Shown piece after piece: positions 1-12,937 of a stretch of 64,000 bases of DNA. The translations under genes and the position numbers were made by a program. Each line of letters starts with the position of its first letter. Position 1 is the first letter of the stretch. Source of the DNA: Chrysomallon squamiferum (Eukaryota; Animalia; Mollusca); NCBI GenBank assembly GCA_012295275.1, contig CM022677.1, positions 2,604,001 through 2,668,000 of the forward strand, read 5' to 3'. The notes under the pieces are model-generated. The model was not told the DNA's origin. It did no database searches and saw nothing but the letters and a program-made list of their open reading frames with translations.

Positions 1-67
<67 letters not shown>
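1..67. repeat. (TC)n microsatellite
   Basis: Pure TC dinucleotide run at the window start. Similar GA/TC tracts occur at ~3347-3420, 3595-3669, 15972-16078, 28116-28199, 36033-36122, 53975-54029 and 57134-57196. Confidence 0.98.
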
Positions 68-72
<5 letters not shown>

Positions 73-445
73 ATATATATATCAGTCTACCTAAAAGTCT
101 CTACATTTCTGTTGTCTCTTCAATAGCTGCTGAATTTTCTAACCTGATTCTACTGTTGGCATAGTTCACACAACAACAACATACACATATCTGTAATTTC
201 ACCTATTTTCTGCTTTATTTAGTTTTGAATGACACCCAACAGCGACATTTATTTTTGTTCTGCAGTGTCGTTTAACAGACAAAAAGAAAGAAACCAAATT
301 TCACCTATAACGTGAAATAATAATAATAATAAAGATAATGATATATTATGATAATGATGATACAATAAGAAGAAGAAAATGAAATGTAATAATAACAAAC
401 ATGAAAGACAATAACAAATATATACAGAACAGTATTGATGAAGAA

Positions 446-476
<31 letters not shown>

Positions 477-980
477 CACACACACACACATGCAGATACT
501 ATTCACTTTGACACAGTGATGTTAGACTAATTGTGCTTGAAATATTTTAATATATGATCTATTTTTCTTTACAGACTTTTTCTACTATGCAAATTGCTTT
601 ATAAAATGGATAAAATGTTAAATACTTTGTGTATATATATATATATATGACAGAGATAAAGAGTATATGTAGGTTTCAGTCTGTATTGTTCGTTTCCTGC
701 TGCATAAGAACGTGTGTTGTTTTTGCCTCTGATCAGTAGAGAAATAAACTTGTTTTTCTTAAATATTTTAATGTTGTTGTTGTTTTTTATTACTGAAAGA
801 AACAGATCCCTGTCAATACCTCCTCCACTCACACAAACACAAACCAGTGGACTTTGTACAGGACAATACTGATAGATGAAATTAACTGATATATATTTCA
901 CACTAAGGTGTGCAATGTTGGCAAAAGGAGGTGATTACATTTTCTCTACACTGTCGTGTCCCCGTGCAGAGATTTGAGTT

Positions 981-1273
981 GTTTTATTTTATTAAATGTT
1001 TTTCTAATTAACTCTTGGTTAATTCACTGTAACAGATCATATTTAGTATTGTAACAGCTTTATTTATTCTCAGAGACGTCAGTTGTTAGCCTGCCATTTT
1101 CTGTCACTTTACTAAATATATAATAAAACAAAACCATTTTATGCAATTAATTCCATATCAGTAATTTTATTATTTTTTTACAGACACTGCCTGTGTGATT
1201 ATCATCTTGAAAGTATATGACATTTTATCTCAGGCTGAGAATGTCGTCAGTAATACTAATAGAAACCGATTCC
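981..1273 (+). repeat. ~280-bp direct repeat, copy 1 (copy 2 at ~2087-2357)
   Basis: Shared text such as ttattctcagaga(c/t)gtcagttgttagcctgccattttctgtcactttac...attccatatcagtaattttatt...atagaaaccgattcca in both places. Confidence 0.9.
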
Positions 1274-1289
1274 ACTCCCTGCTTCCAAG

Positions 1290-1900
1290 GCAGTACAGTT
1301 CTCTCCCTTGAATCACAATGGCCGCCTCCTAGTCTAATTCCTTGTGGTTATTTTGAAAGTGTCTTTGATTGATTCTGTACTGCTTCAAGCCTTCTATCAA
1401 CCATCATCATGTCAGTGTTTGTAAAACATAGAGGTAGACCTTTGCAATCCCTTTTTTTCAAAGGAAATAAGCCCTTGAAAGTTGTTATAAATGATGGTAA
1501 GCGTGTCTGTGTGTCTACCAAGAAACAACGAATCTGCTGAATGTTTAGTAGAAACTATACCAAGTGATATTCCTGAAAAAGAAAGGCCACACCCACTCGA
1601 TCTCGGACTGCTCAGGGCATTGAGATTGTTATTGTCGGGTCCTGAATGACAAAGGGTCGCTCTTCAAAGGTTGGTGTTACAAGAGGTATGGCATGTGAGA
1701 CAGGAAATGTCCTTGACACTGGTACCTTTACAAAACCTGAAAGTCTTGTGACTATTACAACAAACCGGACAAGAATACTGATGCATGTGACGAGTACAAT
1801 ACCCAGGGACTTCTGGCAGGATAGAAGCCCAAATTGCAAGTGAAATGTTTGGCCATTCTGTAACACAATATAACATTTGCTTACATTTATTTATCTTAGT
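1290..1900 (+). mobile_element. Degenerate Kolobok/'Mutator-like' DDE transposase fragment
   Basis: Joined frames read GS*MTKGRSSKVGVTRGMACETGNVLDTGTFTK...CDYYNK...IEAQIASEMFGHSVTQYNI. This resembles the DGSWxxRGxSSxxGVxxxxxxETGKVLD...MExxxAxxxFxRSxxxY core of Kolobok-type transposases. It carries stops and frameshifts. Confidence 0.7.
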
Positions 1901-2086
1901 GTGTAGTCAAACTTCATGCATATATGTTTTCGGTTTTCTACAATAACACATTTTGTTATTGGTATTGATACTTTCTGTAGTATTTTAATTGTTGGTCTTT
2001 GTGACTCTACAGGTTTACGGTTTGTTCAACAGCTGCTGTGATAGTTGTTGCACTGATCATTTGATCAGTGGATAGGTTTGTGTTGC

Positions 2087-2357
2087 TTTATTTTTATTAA
2101 ATCTTTTTCTAATTAACGGTAACAGATCATATTTATTCTCAGAGATGTCAGTTGTTAGCCTGCCATTTTCTGTCACTTTACTTAATATATAATAAAATCA
2201 ATGCCATTTTATGCAAATAATTCCATATCAGTAATTTTATTTTTTCATTTAGAAACACTTTTTCTTATAGGCACTGCCTGTGTGATTATCAGCTTGAAAG
2301 AGTCTGACATTTTATCTCATGTTGAATGTCGTCAGTATAACCATAGAAACCGATTCC
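2087..2357 (+). repeat. ~270-bp direct repeat, copy 2
   Basis: Matches 981-1273. Confidence 0.9.
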
Positions 2358-3347
2358 AGTCAGAATATTTTTGTCAGCAGTTCCTACAGTTCCTACATGT
2401 TTTGAGAAGAAAGCATGCAACATCAATAGTGAAAAAAATGGTAAGCTCTTTTTGAATAATATTATTTATTCTTGTTACATTTTACAGCAAATAAGAAAAG
2501 TTAACATATAAACTATAGATGAACTGAAATTTATTTTAACTGAATAAATACTGTAACTTCAAACTAAAACTGAAGAGTACATTCTAGAGATAATAATTAT
2601 TTCATAATTTTAGTTAACAAATGAAAAGAACAAACAAAAAAAAACACTGAAAATCTTTGTAATTGTATAAATACTTTAATCCTAAGTTTAAATTAGTTTC
2701 CTATTTGAGAATCCATTTTCCACTGGAATCTAGGTCAGCATTTGCCAGATTAAACACTTTTTAAAAAATATTTTCATGTTATTACTGATTTTTTTTTTTT
2801 TATTATTCTTAATATTTTAATTCTGTTTTTCAGCTGCAGTAACACAAAAGTCAACTGGTCTGTGTCTCACTATATCTTCTATGAACAGTACTGTACCTTT
2901 GAATCTAACATCCAAATTATTATAAATTCTTCAACATGTATAGTTCTTTTTATTTAGTTTTCCTATGAATGATAATTAAATCCTAAGATTTAAAACAGGT
3001 AGTTTTAAATGTTTATTTAAAGCCTGATTTTTCCTTCAAATAAATATTTAAATTATTCTGTGTTCTGTTTTCTTTTTTGTTTCTTTATTTTTTTAAATTA
3101 TAAACTAGAGTCATAGATAGCTTCCTGAGACTAAACAATGGAGGGGAAACAATGAATAACAAATTCAGTGTTTAGCTGTTATTACAAAATGAGACTGAGA
3201 GATAATACTATATATATATATATATATTGAAAATCGGTTATTCACGAGAGAGAGATGAGCTAAATCCTTAAGAATCTAGTTATCTTCTTTGAAAATAATT
3301 ATCTCTCATTTAAATTCAACAACAATAAAAAGTAAGGCAGAAGATCG

Positions 3348-3423
<76 letters not shown>

Positions 3424-3589
3424 TTTAATTTTGTTTTATAATTTCGAACCTATTGTAGATGCAGATATAATCGGATGTGTGGTAGTCAAGATATTACGAT
3501 ATATGTAATGGTTGTAATGGTTTATAAAATGCAACTTCCATACTTTAAATTAAACTTCATTAGGTTTAGAATAATGTGAAATACACACC

Positions 3590-3671
<82 letters not shown>

Positions 3672-3719
3672 CTAAGGTATGTTATAAAATCATGAGAAAT
3701 ACATAAGAAAACAAATTCA

Positions 3720-4251
3720 CTGTTCAGTTTTTTTCCCCTTTTCCAATGGCAGCAGTACAAACTTTATCCTCAGCACCTTCTACTGAAACAACTTCACTAG
3801 CCAACATCAGCACATCAATTAGAGCTGTATGTTCAATCTGAAAAAACAAAACAAATACAATAATAAAAATAATAAAAAGTATCAGTGATAATGATGGTAA
3901 TGGTAATAATTTAAATAATTAACAAAACAATTGCAAATAAATGATTATTATTATGCTGTTTTACAATCAGTAAAGAGTTGTTACTATAAAACTTATTTTA
4001 CTTGCTACAAAGTAAAAATAAGATTAAAAAAACTTACAACTTGGAAATGTTCAGTCTGCAGTTTCTGTACAGCTGATTCATCCTTCTCCATAATGTAAAT
4101 TCCCTTTCTAGACAGCAACTGAACAATACTGCAAAACTAACATCAACAGTAAACAATGTTTTTAGCCATTCCAACATGAACATAATACTTTTTTTTTATC
4201 AGTCTAAATTTGTCTGATTAATGCATATGTTATTTTGACTATTATCATTCA

Positions 4252-4301
<50 letters not shown>

Positions 4302-4665
4302 CACACACACGAAGTAATAAAACATACCCTGCCACTGTAGAGAGGTTTCTGAAAACATTTTAACACAGGCCTGACAGATAACTTGACACCAGACTGTTGA
4401 TTCACATTATCAAGTCTTTTGTATCCCATCTGTACAAAATGGCCTAGATTTGTGTGATACTGAAGTAGGGGATAGGGACCTGGGTGCATTGGTCCCACTC
4501 TGTTGACTGAATCAGGAACACGACTAGCTCGGTCCTTCGAATCATCAGTGTGGTGAAACATCTCTTGAATGCTGCCTTCCCGAGCCTCTGTCTGATCTTG
4601 TTCTGTTGCAGATACAGCCTCTGATGGTGTCGTTTCTGTTGTTTTTCTAATGTTGATGTGCATGG
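3720..4665 (-). pseudogene. Three exon-like segments of an unidentified gene (~4328-4665, ~4038-4128, ~3720-3837)
   Basis: Open minus-strand frames mostly with AG/GT boundaries (...EQDQTEAREGSIQEMFHHTDDSKDRA...PGPYPLLQ..., LLSRKGIYIMEKDESAVQKLQTEHFQV, IEHTALIDVLMLASEVVSVEGAEDKV). Parts recur at 63845-64000 and, inverted, at ~57045-57135. Confidence 0.45.
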
Positions 4666-5487
4666 TAGTGTTAATGATACCTTTTTACCAATACTAGAAA
4701 GAGAATTTACTTTATGGAGATATGCTGGTAATCAGTCAAAATATAAGTAAAATATAAAGAAATATAAAATGATAATATATTTTATGTTACAAAAATACTA
4801 ATGATATCAAAGTAATATTAAAAAGCTATGTAACTTTGGTTTAAAAAAGTAAAATGATATTAGTGATTTATGAAATAAAGTGAAATAATAAGATGTAAAA
4901 TTAAATTATTTATTTAACAAAAATACTAATGATAATAAAGACATTATAGAACAAAAAATAAAGTGAAATAAAGATATGTAATATTAGATACCTCAATTAT
5001 GTTAAAAAAATACTAACACTATCAGCAAAAGCAGGAAATAAAATTAGATGTAATTTATATTAAAAATATATAAATGTTAATAAGAATAATATCAGTAAAA
5101 GTGATTTTAATACTAAACAAAATATCTTGCAAAAAAATGCAGTAAAAAGGAAAAAATAAAATCAGTGACACTATGGCAGTTTAGATTTATAATATTCATA
5201 TAATAAGCTTAGTATTAAAATGTTTCTAAATATAATTTGAATGTTTGAAAATGTTTCTGTGTGTGTGCTTGAGTAAGTATATATGTAATGCAAACATTAC
5301 ATATAAATAAAAGGAAACCAATGACATTATGGCAGTTCAGGTTATAATAATAAGTTTAGTATTAAAATGTCTCTAAATATAATTTGAACTTATGTTTGAA
5401 ATTTGTGTATGTGTTTGCACGAGCAAGTGTGTACATATGCATATATGTAGATATGTGTGATGTGCATGCATACACCTGTATGTTTAC

Positions 5488-7201
5488 CTGTTAGCTCATT
5501 TCAGGTCATTGACAAACTCTGCTGACTGCTGATGTCTGATTTCTGAGTTTTTAGAGATTTTCTCTAGAGCAGCCACTAACACTTGTACACTGAATTTGAG
5601 TCATTTTTCTCTTTTGAGCTACTCACACAGGTCCTGAGCTATCTCCATCACATCATTCAATCTCAACTCACAGATAGCTGTCGCTGTCAGCTCCTCATCT
5701 TCATCATCCTGATGATAAATGATTATTCACTGACATTTTTTAGTAATTATGAAAGCTATCAGATTATCATCCTTGTCATTATGATATACAATTAAAATTT
5801 GATTATAATAATTAAATTTAAATTGTATAAACCATAAACAATTATCTTCTTCATCATGATGATAAATGATTGAAACTCAATTACCTAATAAAATTAAAAT
5901 TATTAAATGATGAATCAATATTTAAAACATTTAAAATTTTAATAATTTGAATTCATTATTATTTTAAAAGAACAAGTTCAGTAGTTATGGCATATTAAAT
6001 CAATGTTATGACAACCTATCATTATTTTATTATTACATTTCTGTTACACTCAGTATTCTTAGAAAACATACTGTTTAAAATTATAATAAAGAACTGTGAA
6101 TACAGCATCAGTAGTTATGACACACAGAATCAATGACATTATATAGTAAGTTATTCTTTAGTTTTCCGTGTTTATGTGAACAAGTCAATACATTTAGAAT
6201 ACTCACTTAGAATACTTACTCTATCAAGTAAGTTATTATTATTATTTAGATGTGTTTATATGACAAATCAGTGTTTTAGCATACACATATAATAAAATCA
6301 GTAGACAGTATATCAAGTTGGTTTTTATTATTTAATTTCTTCTCTGTTTAAATCAACATTTAAAACACACAAAGCATAACAACTAATAAAATCAATAATG
6401 TGAAATATATCTACTATGTATGTTTCCACTGTTTATATACCTGCTAGTCTAGCTAGAAGAGATAAAGTGATAGATAAAACAGAGATAATCACGTTTGTGT
6501 TTGCCGTCTCTGCCCAGTCTCTGCTGGTGCTCTGAGATCTCACACTTGAGATGGTCTATCTGTACTCTGTAGGCCTGCTCCTGTGACTCCTTACCACTCA
6601 GTCTCAACTCCAGAGCTCTCTTCTCCTTCTCCATCAAGTAGTTCTGAGCCTTCAGCTCTGCCTTCTGCTCCTGTGAAACAATATCATGACAGAGTCCAAA
6701 GTGTGTATATTCAGTCTGCCTAGATTTCAGAAAATGTTTTAATATAAATGTAATAAGACACGAAGACCAAACTGCCATTAATAAAAAAATTTAAAAAATA
6801 AAGAAAAAGTACAAGTAAATGCAAGTTAATATAGTAAAAAACTGAAACACAATTTTCATGACTAAATTAACAAAATTAAGAATGCCTGTTTGATTAGCCT
6901 GTTTGATTTTTTTCCTTCCCAAAGAAGGTCAGATGCTTGGTTGGGTCTACATTTCATAAGACTGCCTTTCATAGCCATCAGCTCCTGCATTAACACAGCA
7001 TTTTCCAAATCCAGTCTTTGAGCTTCTGGAGTTTTCTTGGGTTCATCAAGCAGATGATCAAAGTGTAAACTCTCCAGCTCCATGACAGTCATTCTGACCG
7101 CTGCCCGGTCATTCTTCAGTGACTGAATGAACTCACGTAGTCTCTGTTCATCCAGTTTGGTGAAGTCAGTGTCCACTGAGCTGGCCGTAGAACTGGATGT
7201 G
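5488..7201 (-). pseudogene. MCC: MCC (colorectal mutant cancer protein) C-terminal exons, pseudogenised: 7201-6967, 6670-~6493, 5708-5488
   Basis: Translations TSSSTASSVDTDFTKLDEQRLREFIQSLKNDRAAVRMTVMELES...RLDLENAVLMQELMAMK / EQKAELKAQNYLMEKEKRALELRLSGKESQEQAY / VQVLVAALEKISKNSEIRHQQSAEFVNDLK*AN closely follow the vertebrate MCC C-terminus. The donor after MAMK reads GGCAGT instead of GT, and the third exon has in-frame stops. Confidence 0.9.
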
Positions 7202-7512
7202 CTGGACAATTCAAAATGAAAATTTGGTAAAGATTATCACTAGTCATGAAAAAGTCAGTTAATCAACTTGAAATTTATAATTCTATAAGTTAGGATAAAA
7301 TCCTTTTAGAAAGATAGTAAATGCAAAGTCCAGTTAATTACAGCATAGACTTTAATAAACTACAAAATCTAAATTTACCTTAGTAAGAAAAAAACCCAGT
7401 TAGATGCAAAACTACAGTTGTCCCCCTTCGCAAAGATGCAATTTTTTTTGTATTAGATATATATATATATACTAGTGGTAATATAGGCAATATCGATTTA
7501 ATTAATGTATTC

Positions 7513-7560
<48 letters not shown>

Positions 7561-8329
7561 AATAAAGCATGTAGACTGTCTAAAACATTTTAATGATGAT
7601 GCTAATGATCTACCTTTTATTTTTCATTTTGTCTTGGAACTGAACACCTTCCAATATTTCTTTTGTTTAATGTATATTTTTTGTAAATCACATGAATAGA
7701 AGTTTAAATGTTTAACAAAAAATGTAAAGAAAGCTAAGAAAGGGTCTAGAATTGGAAAAGTGATGAGTTAATTTTACTTCTATTCTTTCATTACATTAAT
7801 TAAAAGGTGTACATCAGCGCAATTTGTAAAGTGTAATATACTTTACATTTCTTATTATACCTGAAGTTCTCTTATTACATTAGATATTAATATAACCACT
7901 TCACCCGTAATAATCTATATAACAATGAAGCAGACACCATATTTGTCAAAGCAACAACAACAACAGTAATAACACCTTAATAGTTTTATTTTTTATTTTT
8001 CTCTAAAAGAGCACTCTTCCTATATATGTTTCTTAGTTTCATTAGAACTGTTCTGAGAGCGGATATAAAAATTACTTCGAATTTTTAATTAGGCCTCGTA
8101 AAGTTATCAGAGAAATCAGATTTATTCTTAGTGTATTGTTTCTGTCGAGATAAAAACAAAATACTTCTTTTTAAAAATGTGTATAATAATGATAATAATG
8201 ATTTATTTATAATGTAATTACATGAGAAATCGTGAACTTTTATCAAAACCACAGTTAACTAAAGAATATCGCTATTTGCACTGATAATGTTACCCAAAAA
8301 TAAGACGATAGTTATATCACGTATTATTT

Positions 8330-9750
8330 ATATGGCATTTTAACATTATATTAATTAGAGATTATAGGTTATGTTATTGAATAAATATGGAATTTCATTC
8401 TAGATTATTAACTTACTTTTCTAAGAAAAATTAGTGATATATACTTAATTACATAATTTGATAAATTTGAATTTTAGATTAATCAAGTAATTTCATGTAG
8501 TGAGAGATGTAAATTGTGTCGCGGAATGTCATGTCACTGCAGTTATAAAACAAAGTATCACGTTCTGACACTGAAAGGTGTAGAGTTAATTTTCAGTAAT
8601 ATCAATACAATAGTAAATACAGTATTCATCTAGCACTTCACGCGTTTCTGTATAGTCTTATTATTGATAATAAAGAACTTAATATTAAAGACTACAGTTA
8701 ATGATTTTTCAGTATATGATAACAAGGACATTAATTTGGAAACAAAAAACAAACAAACAAAAAACAGATGTGTTTTTCAATGTAATATTACAGCTTCACT
8801 ATTACTATCAGTATATTGACTTGTATACCTAATAACATTACCGAAGAAATACTTTTTTGTTTTGATAACTGCACACTAATTGTACAATAATAAAAAATAA
8901 AATTTTAAATAGATCAGCATTATTTTAATATTTAATATTAATATCTAATATTAATATTAATGTTGAAAGAAGATATTCATATTTAGATGTGAAGCGGAGA
9001 TACAAAGCTTCTATCTTACGTTGTTACGTTTTGCTTAATATCAAGAAATACTGAGAGATTTTCTTTTATTTGTTAATATCATATTAGAGCTTAATCTATT
9101 TCTCATTTTTTATTGTTTTTTTTCTTTTAACAATATTGGTTTTCTGAACAAAGACCAAACCTTAATTCTAGAAGCAAGGGTTCGTTTTAATATTATCACA
9201 GAAAAATATAGGAGGAAAATGTCCCAAAATAAATAGATGAGTATATTTTAAAGATGGTATTTGATTCAGATGGACATTTTTATATTTAATCATATCAAAA
9301 TTATTTAATCATATCAAAATATACTTAATTATTTCAAAATATATTTAATTATATCTGAATACATTTGTCTTAAACGTTTTATTTGCTACTATGTAGCCAC
9401 GTACTTATCTTCTAATTAACGGTTCCATTTTGTAAACTCTTCAGAACATGAAATATGTTTCATTATTTTCTGCAAGTGATTACGTGCGTGTGTGCATGTG
9501 TTGTGTGTGCGTCCATATGCATCTGTGTAAAAATGTAAAATTATCCTATTTATATTTATTTTGTAAATATGAATGTTTAAGAAAAATGCCTATTGTAAAC
9601 TGTGAATGTGAAATGTACGCAAACTAATAAATACACGTTCCTTCAGGTCTTTTGTTTTATGATTTAGAGTCAGCGATCAAATGGGTTAAGAGAATTTACA
9701 TTATCCTCACGTGAAGAAATCACAGTTGTTTTCACACGAGTGTTTACAAT
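8330..9750 (+). repeat. Dispersed repeat modules shared with 26480-26652, 30000-30545 and (inverted) 49745-50440
   Basis: Shared blocks, e.g. gagagatgtaaattgtg...ctgacactgaaaggtg...catctagcacttcacgcgtttctgtatagtctt and tgtaaactgtgaatg...gggttaagagaattt. Confidence 0.9.
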
Positions 9751-9899
9751 AATCATGTTCTGCGAAAAAGGATATATTTTCAGAGATAGGTTTGATGCTG
9801 AAGTGTGCACTTGTTTAACCAACACAGTACTGATTTTCTGAGACTACCGAGTTCAAGATTAATAAAGTGTAATGAAAATTACAAAACAACTTTTCTTGC

Positions 9900-10420
9900 G
9901 TTCAAATCCTATACTAAAATGTATTATTACTATTTCTATTAATACCACCGTAATTGCTGTCGTTGATCCTAGCTTTGTTGCTGTAATTCTCATTATTGCT
10001 TTGCGCTTTTTATTAGTCATTACTCATACTTTCTGAGTATTAAATTGTATTATTGTAATTTCTATTAATGTCGCCGTCGTTGCCGTCGTACCGGCATAGT
10101 TCCTAACGTAGTTATTAGAGTGCTTCTCATTGTTCTTCTTTGTTTTTATCACCTATTATTCTTATTTCTTATTTCTTATTTTTGCACCTCCTGTATTAAA
10201 ATATATTATTAATACATCTTTATTACTAGTGTTAACGTTGGAGACGTACCTGTGTTGTCCTTCAAGGCTTGGTGTTTATTATTCTTTTTCGCATTTTACG
10301 ATTCTTACTTTCCTACAGTGCGTATCCAGTATTGAAATTACTGTCATTATTACTGATATTACCACTAATTTACTGCTATTTCTACTAATCAGCCGCCGTC
10401 TCTTTATCGATACTATCGCC
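9900..10420 (+). repeat. Divergent ~140-bp unit array (tattaatgtcgccgtcgttgccgtcgta family)
   Basis: Recurring ctattaat(g/a)tcgccgtcgttgccgtcgta...gttc(c/t)taacg core. The same family occurs at 23250-24830, 46160-46530 and 47790-48680, and inverted at 49450-49745 and 55120-55445. Confidence 0.8.
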
Positions 10421-10429
10421 ATTACTACT

Positions 10430-11520
10430 AATCTCTCACTGTTACTTCAGCAATACTACTTCTGGTACTACTAATCTCTCACTGTTACTTCAGCAATACT
10501 ACTTCTGGTACTACTAATCTCTCACTGTTACGTCAGCAATACTACTTCTATTACTATTAATCTGTCAGTTACTTCATCGATACTTCTGATATTACTACTA
10601 ATCTGTCACTGTTACTGCGTGAATACTATTGTTATTACTACTAATCTACAAGTGTTACTTTAGCGATACTACTGTTATCACTACTAATCTACCACTTACT
10701 TTAGTGATACTACTGATATGTCACTGTTACTTCAGTGATACTATCGATATTACTGCTAATCTGCCACTATTACTTCAGCAGTATTACTGATATTACTACT
10801 AATCTATCACTGTTACTTCAGCGATACTACTGTATTACTAGTAATCTATCACTGTTACTTCAGCGATACTACTGTATTACTAGTAATCTATCACTGTTAC
10901 TTCAGCGATACTACTGTATTACTAGTAATCTATCACTGTTACTTCAGCGATACTACTGTATTACTAGTAATCTATCACTGTTACTTCAGCGATACTACTG
11001 TATTACTACTAAACTATCACTGTTACTTCAGCGATACTACTGTATTACTAGTAATCTATCACTGTTACTTCAGCGATACTACTGTATTACTACTAAACTA
11101 TCACTGTTACTTCAGCGATACTACTGTATTACTAGTAATCTATCACTGTTACTTCAGCGATACTACTGTATTACTAGTAATCTATCACTGTTATTTCAGC
11201 GATACTACTGTATTACTAGTAATCTATCACTGTTACTTCAGCGATACTACTGTATTACTACTAAACTATCACTGTTACTTCAGCAATACTACGCTATTAT
11301 TACTAATCTGTCACTGTTACATCAGCCATACTACTAATATTACCACTAATATGTGACTGCTACTTCAGAGATATTACTGATATTACTACTAATCTGCCAC
11401 TGTTATTTCAACCATACTACTGCTATTGCTACTAATCTGTCATTAATATTACTAATATTTCAGCCATACTACTGATATTACTACTAATCTGTCACTGTTA
11501 TTTCAACCATACTACTGATA
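10430..11520 (+). repeat. 42-bp minisatellite (aatctatcactgttacttcagcgatactactgtattactagt)n
   Basis: Near-perfect units at ~10800-11285 with degenerate flanks. Accounts for ORF 10735-11337 (SNLSLLLQRYYCIT repeats). Confidence 0.97.
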
Positions 11521-11743
11521 TATAAATGGAATATAAAACATGCATTATAACTTTAGAAATGTGCTGTTTAATTCTTTACGGTTGTGGTTATCAATATATC
11601 TAATGTAATTCCACTAAATCATTAACAACTGAATGTTTTTGTTTTTTGTGGGTTTTGGGGGGGTTTTTTTAAGAGAAATCCCTAATATTATTTGAGTCAT
11701 TTGTCACTTTTGTAGGCAGAGAAGTATAATTATTGCTTGTTAC

Positions 11744-11896
11744 CTGGACACAAGACATTTGTTTCACATGCTTCTTGAAGATTCCTCTTCGTATCTGTGC
11801 ATGTTCGTATCTCAAATCTTATTCTAGTGCCTCTACCACATGTTTCACTACAACTACCCAGTCTCTGAAGTGTCCATGCAGACCAGGCACCATCAA
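11744..11896 (-). CDS. Symmetric phase-1 exon encoding a thrombospondin type-1 repeat
   Basis: The 153-nt AG...GT-bounded exon is open: (V)DGAWSAWTLQRLGSCSETCGRGTRIRFEIRTCTDTKRNLQEACETNVLCP, with WSxW, CSxTCG and RxR motifs. It lacks the NSAPKNGGKD loop present in the paralog. Whether it is functional is unknown. Confidence 0.8.
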
Positions 11897-12053
11897 CTAT
11901 AAGCGTGAAATTAAAGAATAAATAAATTAATATAAAAATAAATATATTAAAAATGAATTAAATATTCTTTAATTGCGCTTGAATATTAAATATTCTTAAA
12001 TATCTTTAAGACAGGTTATTGATCAGATATGCAAAATTATCTATGAATTAATG

Positions 12054-12937
12054 CAGTGGTTCTCAATCATTTTTTGCCAACGGCACACCTGGCTAAATAT
12101 ATATGAAAAATATTTGAATTTTGCAAAATAAAAACATGGCAAGTCATAGACGGCATACAACCGTACACACAGACTAGTCATAGACACATAGAATAACTCA
12201 AACTAAATAAAGAAAAACACAGCTATACTTTATTGCAGTGTTTCGAATGTTATCAGTCAAATAGCTGGCTTCTTTAGTGAGAAATTTGTGCCTGGCTTTT
12301 TTTCATAATTTCCTCAGTGTTTGGTCATTGTATGTAATATCTCGTGCTTCATGTTTTTGATGTTGCCTAATTCACATATATAAGGTTGAAAATTGTAATA
12401 AAATTGCTAAAACTCTTTTACATAATATAGGATACACCTCTTGTATTGAAATCCAAAATGAATAAATGGGCAGAGTCGAATGTTTTAATTTTAGAAAGTG
12501 CTGCCAATTCATCTTCTTCCTGTAACTCAAGTTCAAGTTCAATAATGATTTATGAAAGGATCTCTAATCCAATCATACTTTTCTGTCTTTAATGACGGAA
12601 AGTTATTGTTGATGCTTTCGTCCAGGGCTGTCAGATGAGTAAACACAATAGGGATCACTTCTCTAATGCAGGTAGAACGCAATAAAGGGAACATATAAAG
12701 GTTGACAGTGATTGCTCTTTTTTTTTTTCCCAAATTACTATTTTCTTTCTGAGGGCAACTAACTTGTCTGTTGAAGTGAGAAGATTTTCATTTTTACCTT
12801 GCATTCTACTGTTTGTTTTATTTTGGGATCACGTGGTTTTTCGCATTTTCTTAGTGTGCCGTTCAAAATTTTGCGGCACACATAGGAAGATCTCGTGGCA
12901 CACCTGTGCGCCGCGGCACACTGGTTGAGAATCACTG
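12054..12937 (-). mobile_element. Internally deleted hAT/Buster (ZBED5/Charlie-like) DNA transposon
   Basis: TIRs CAGTGGTTCTCAA...TTGAGAATCACTG and an 8-bp TSD AATTAATG (12046-12053 and 12938-12945, NNNTANNN pattern). The transposase remnant reads HLTALDESINNNFPSLKTEKYDWIRDPF...SFWISIQEVYPILCKRVLAILLQFST...QAQISH*. The empty site is in the paralog at 39167-39174. Confidence 0.95.

Noticed and set aside
10735-11337. 200-aa ORF of SNLSLLLQRYYCIT repeats
   Set aside because: A by-product of a 42-bp minisatellite whose unit is divisible by 3. It has no credible start or splice context.
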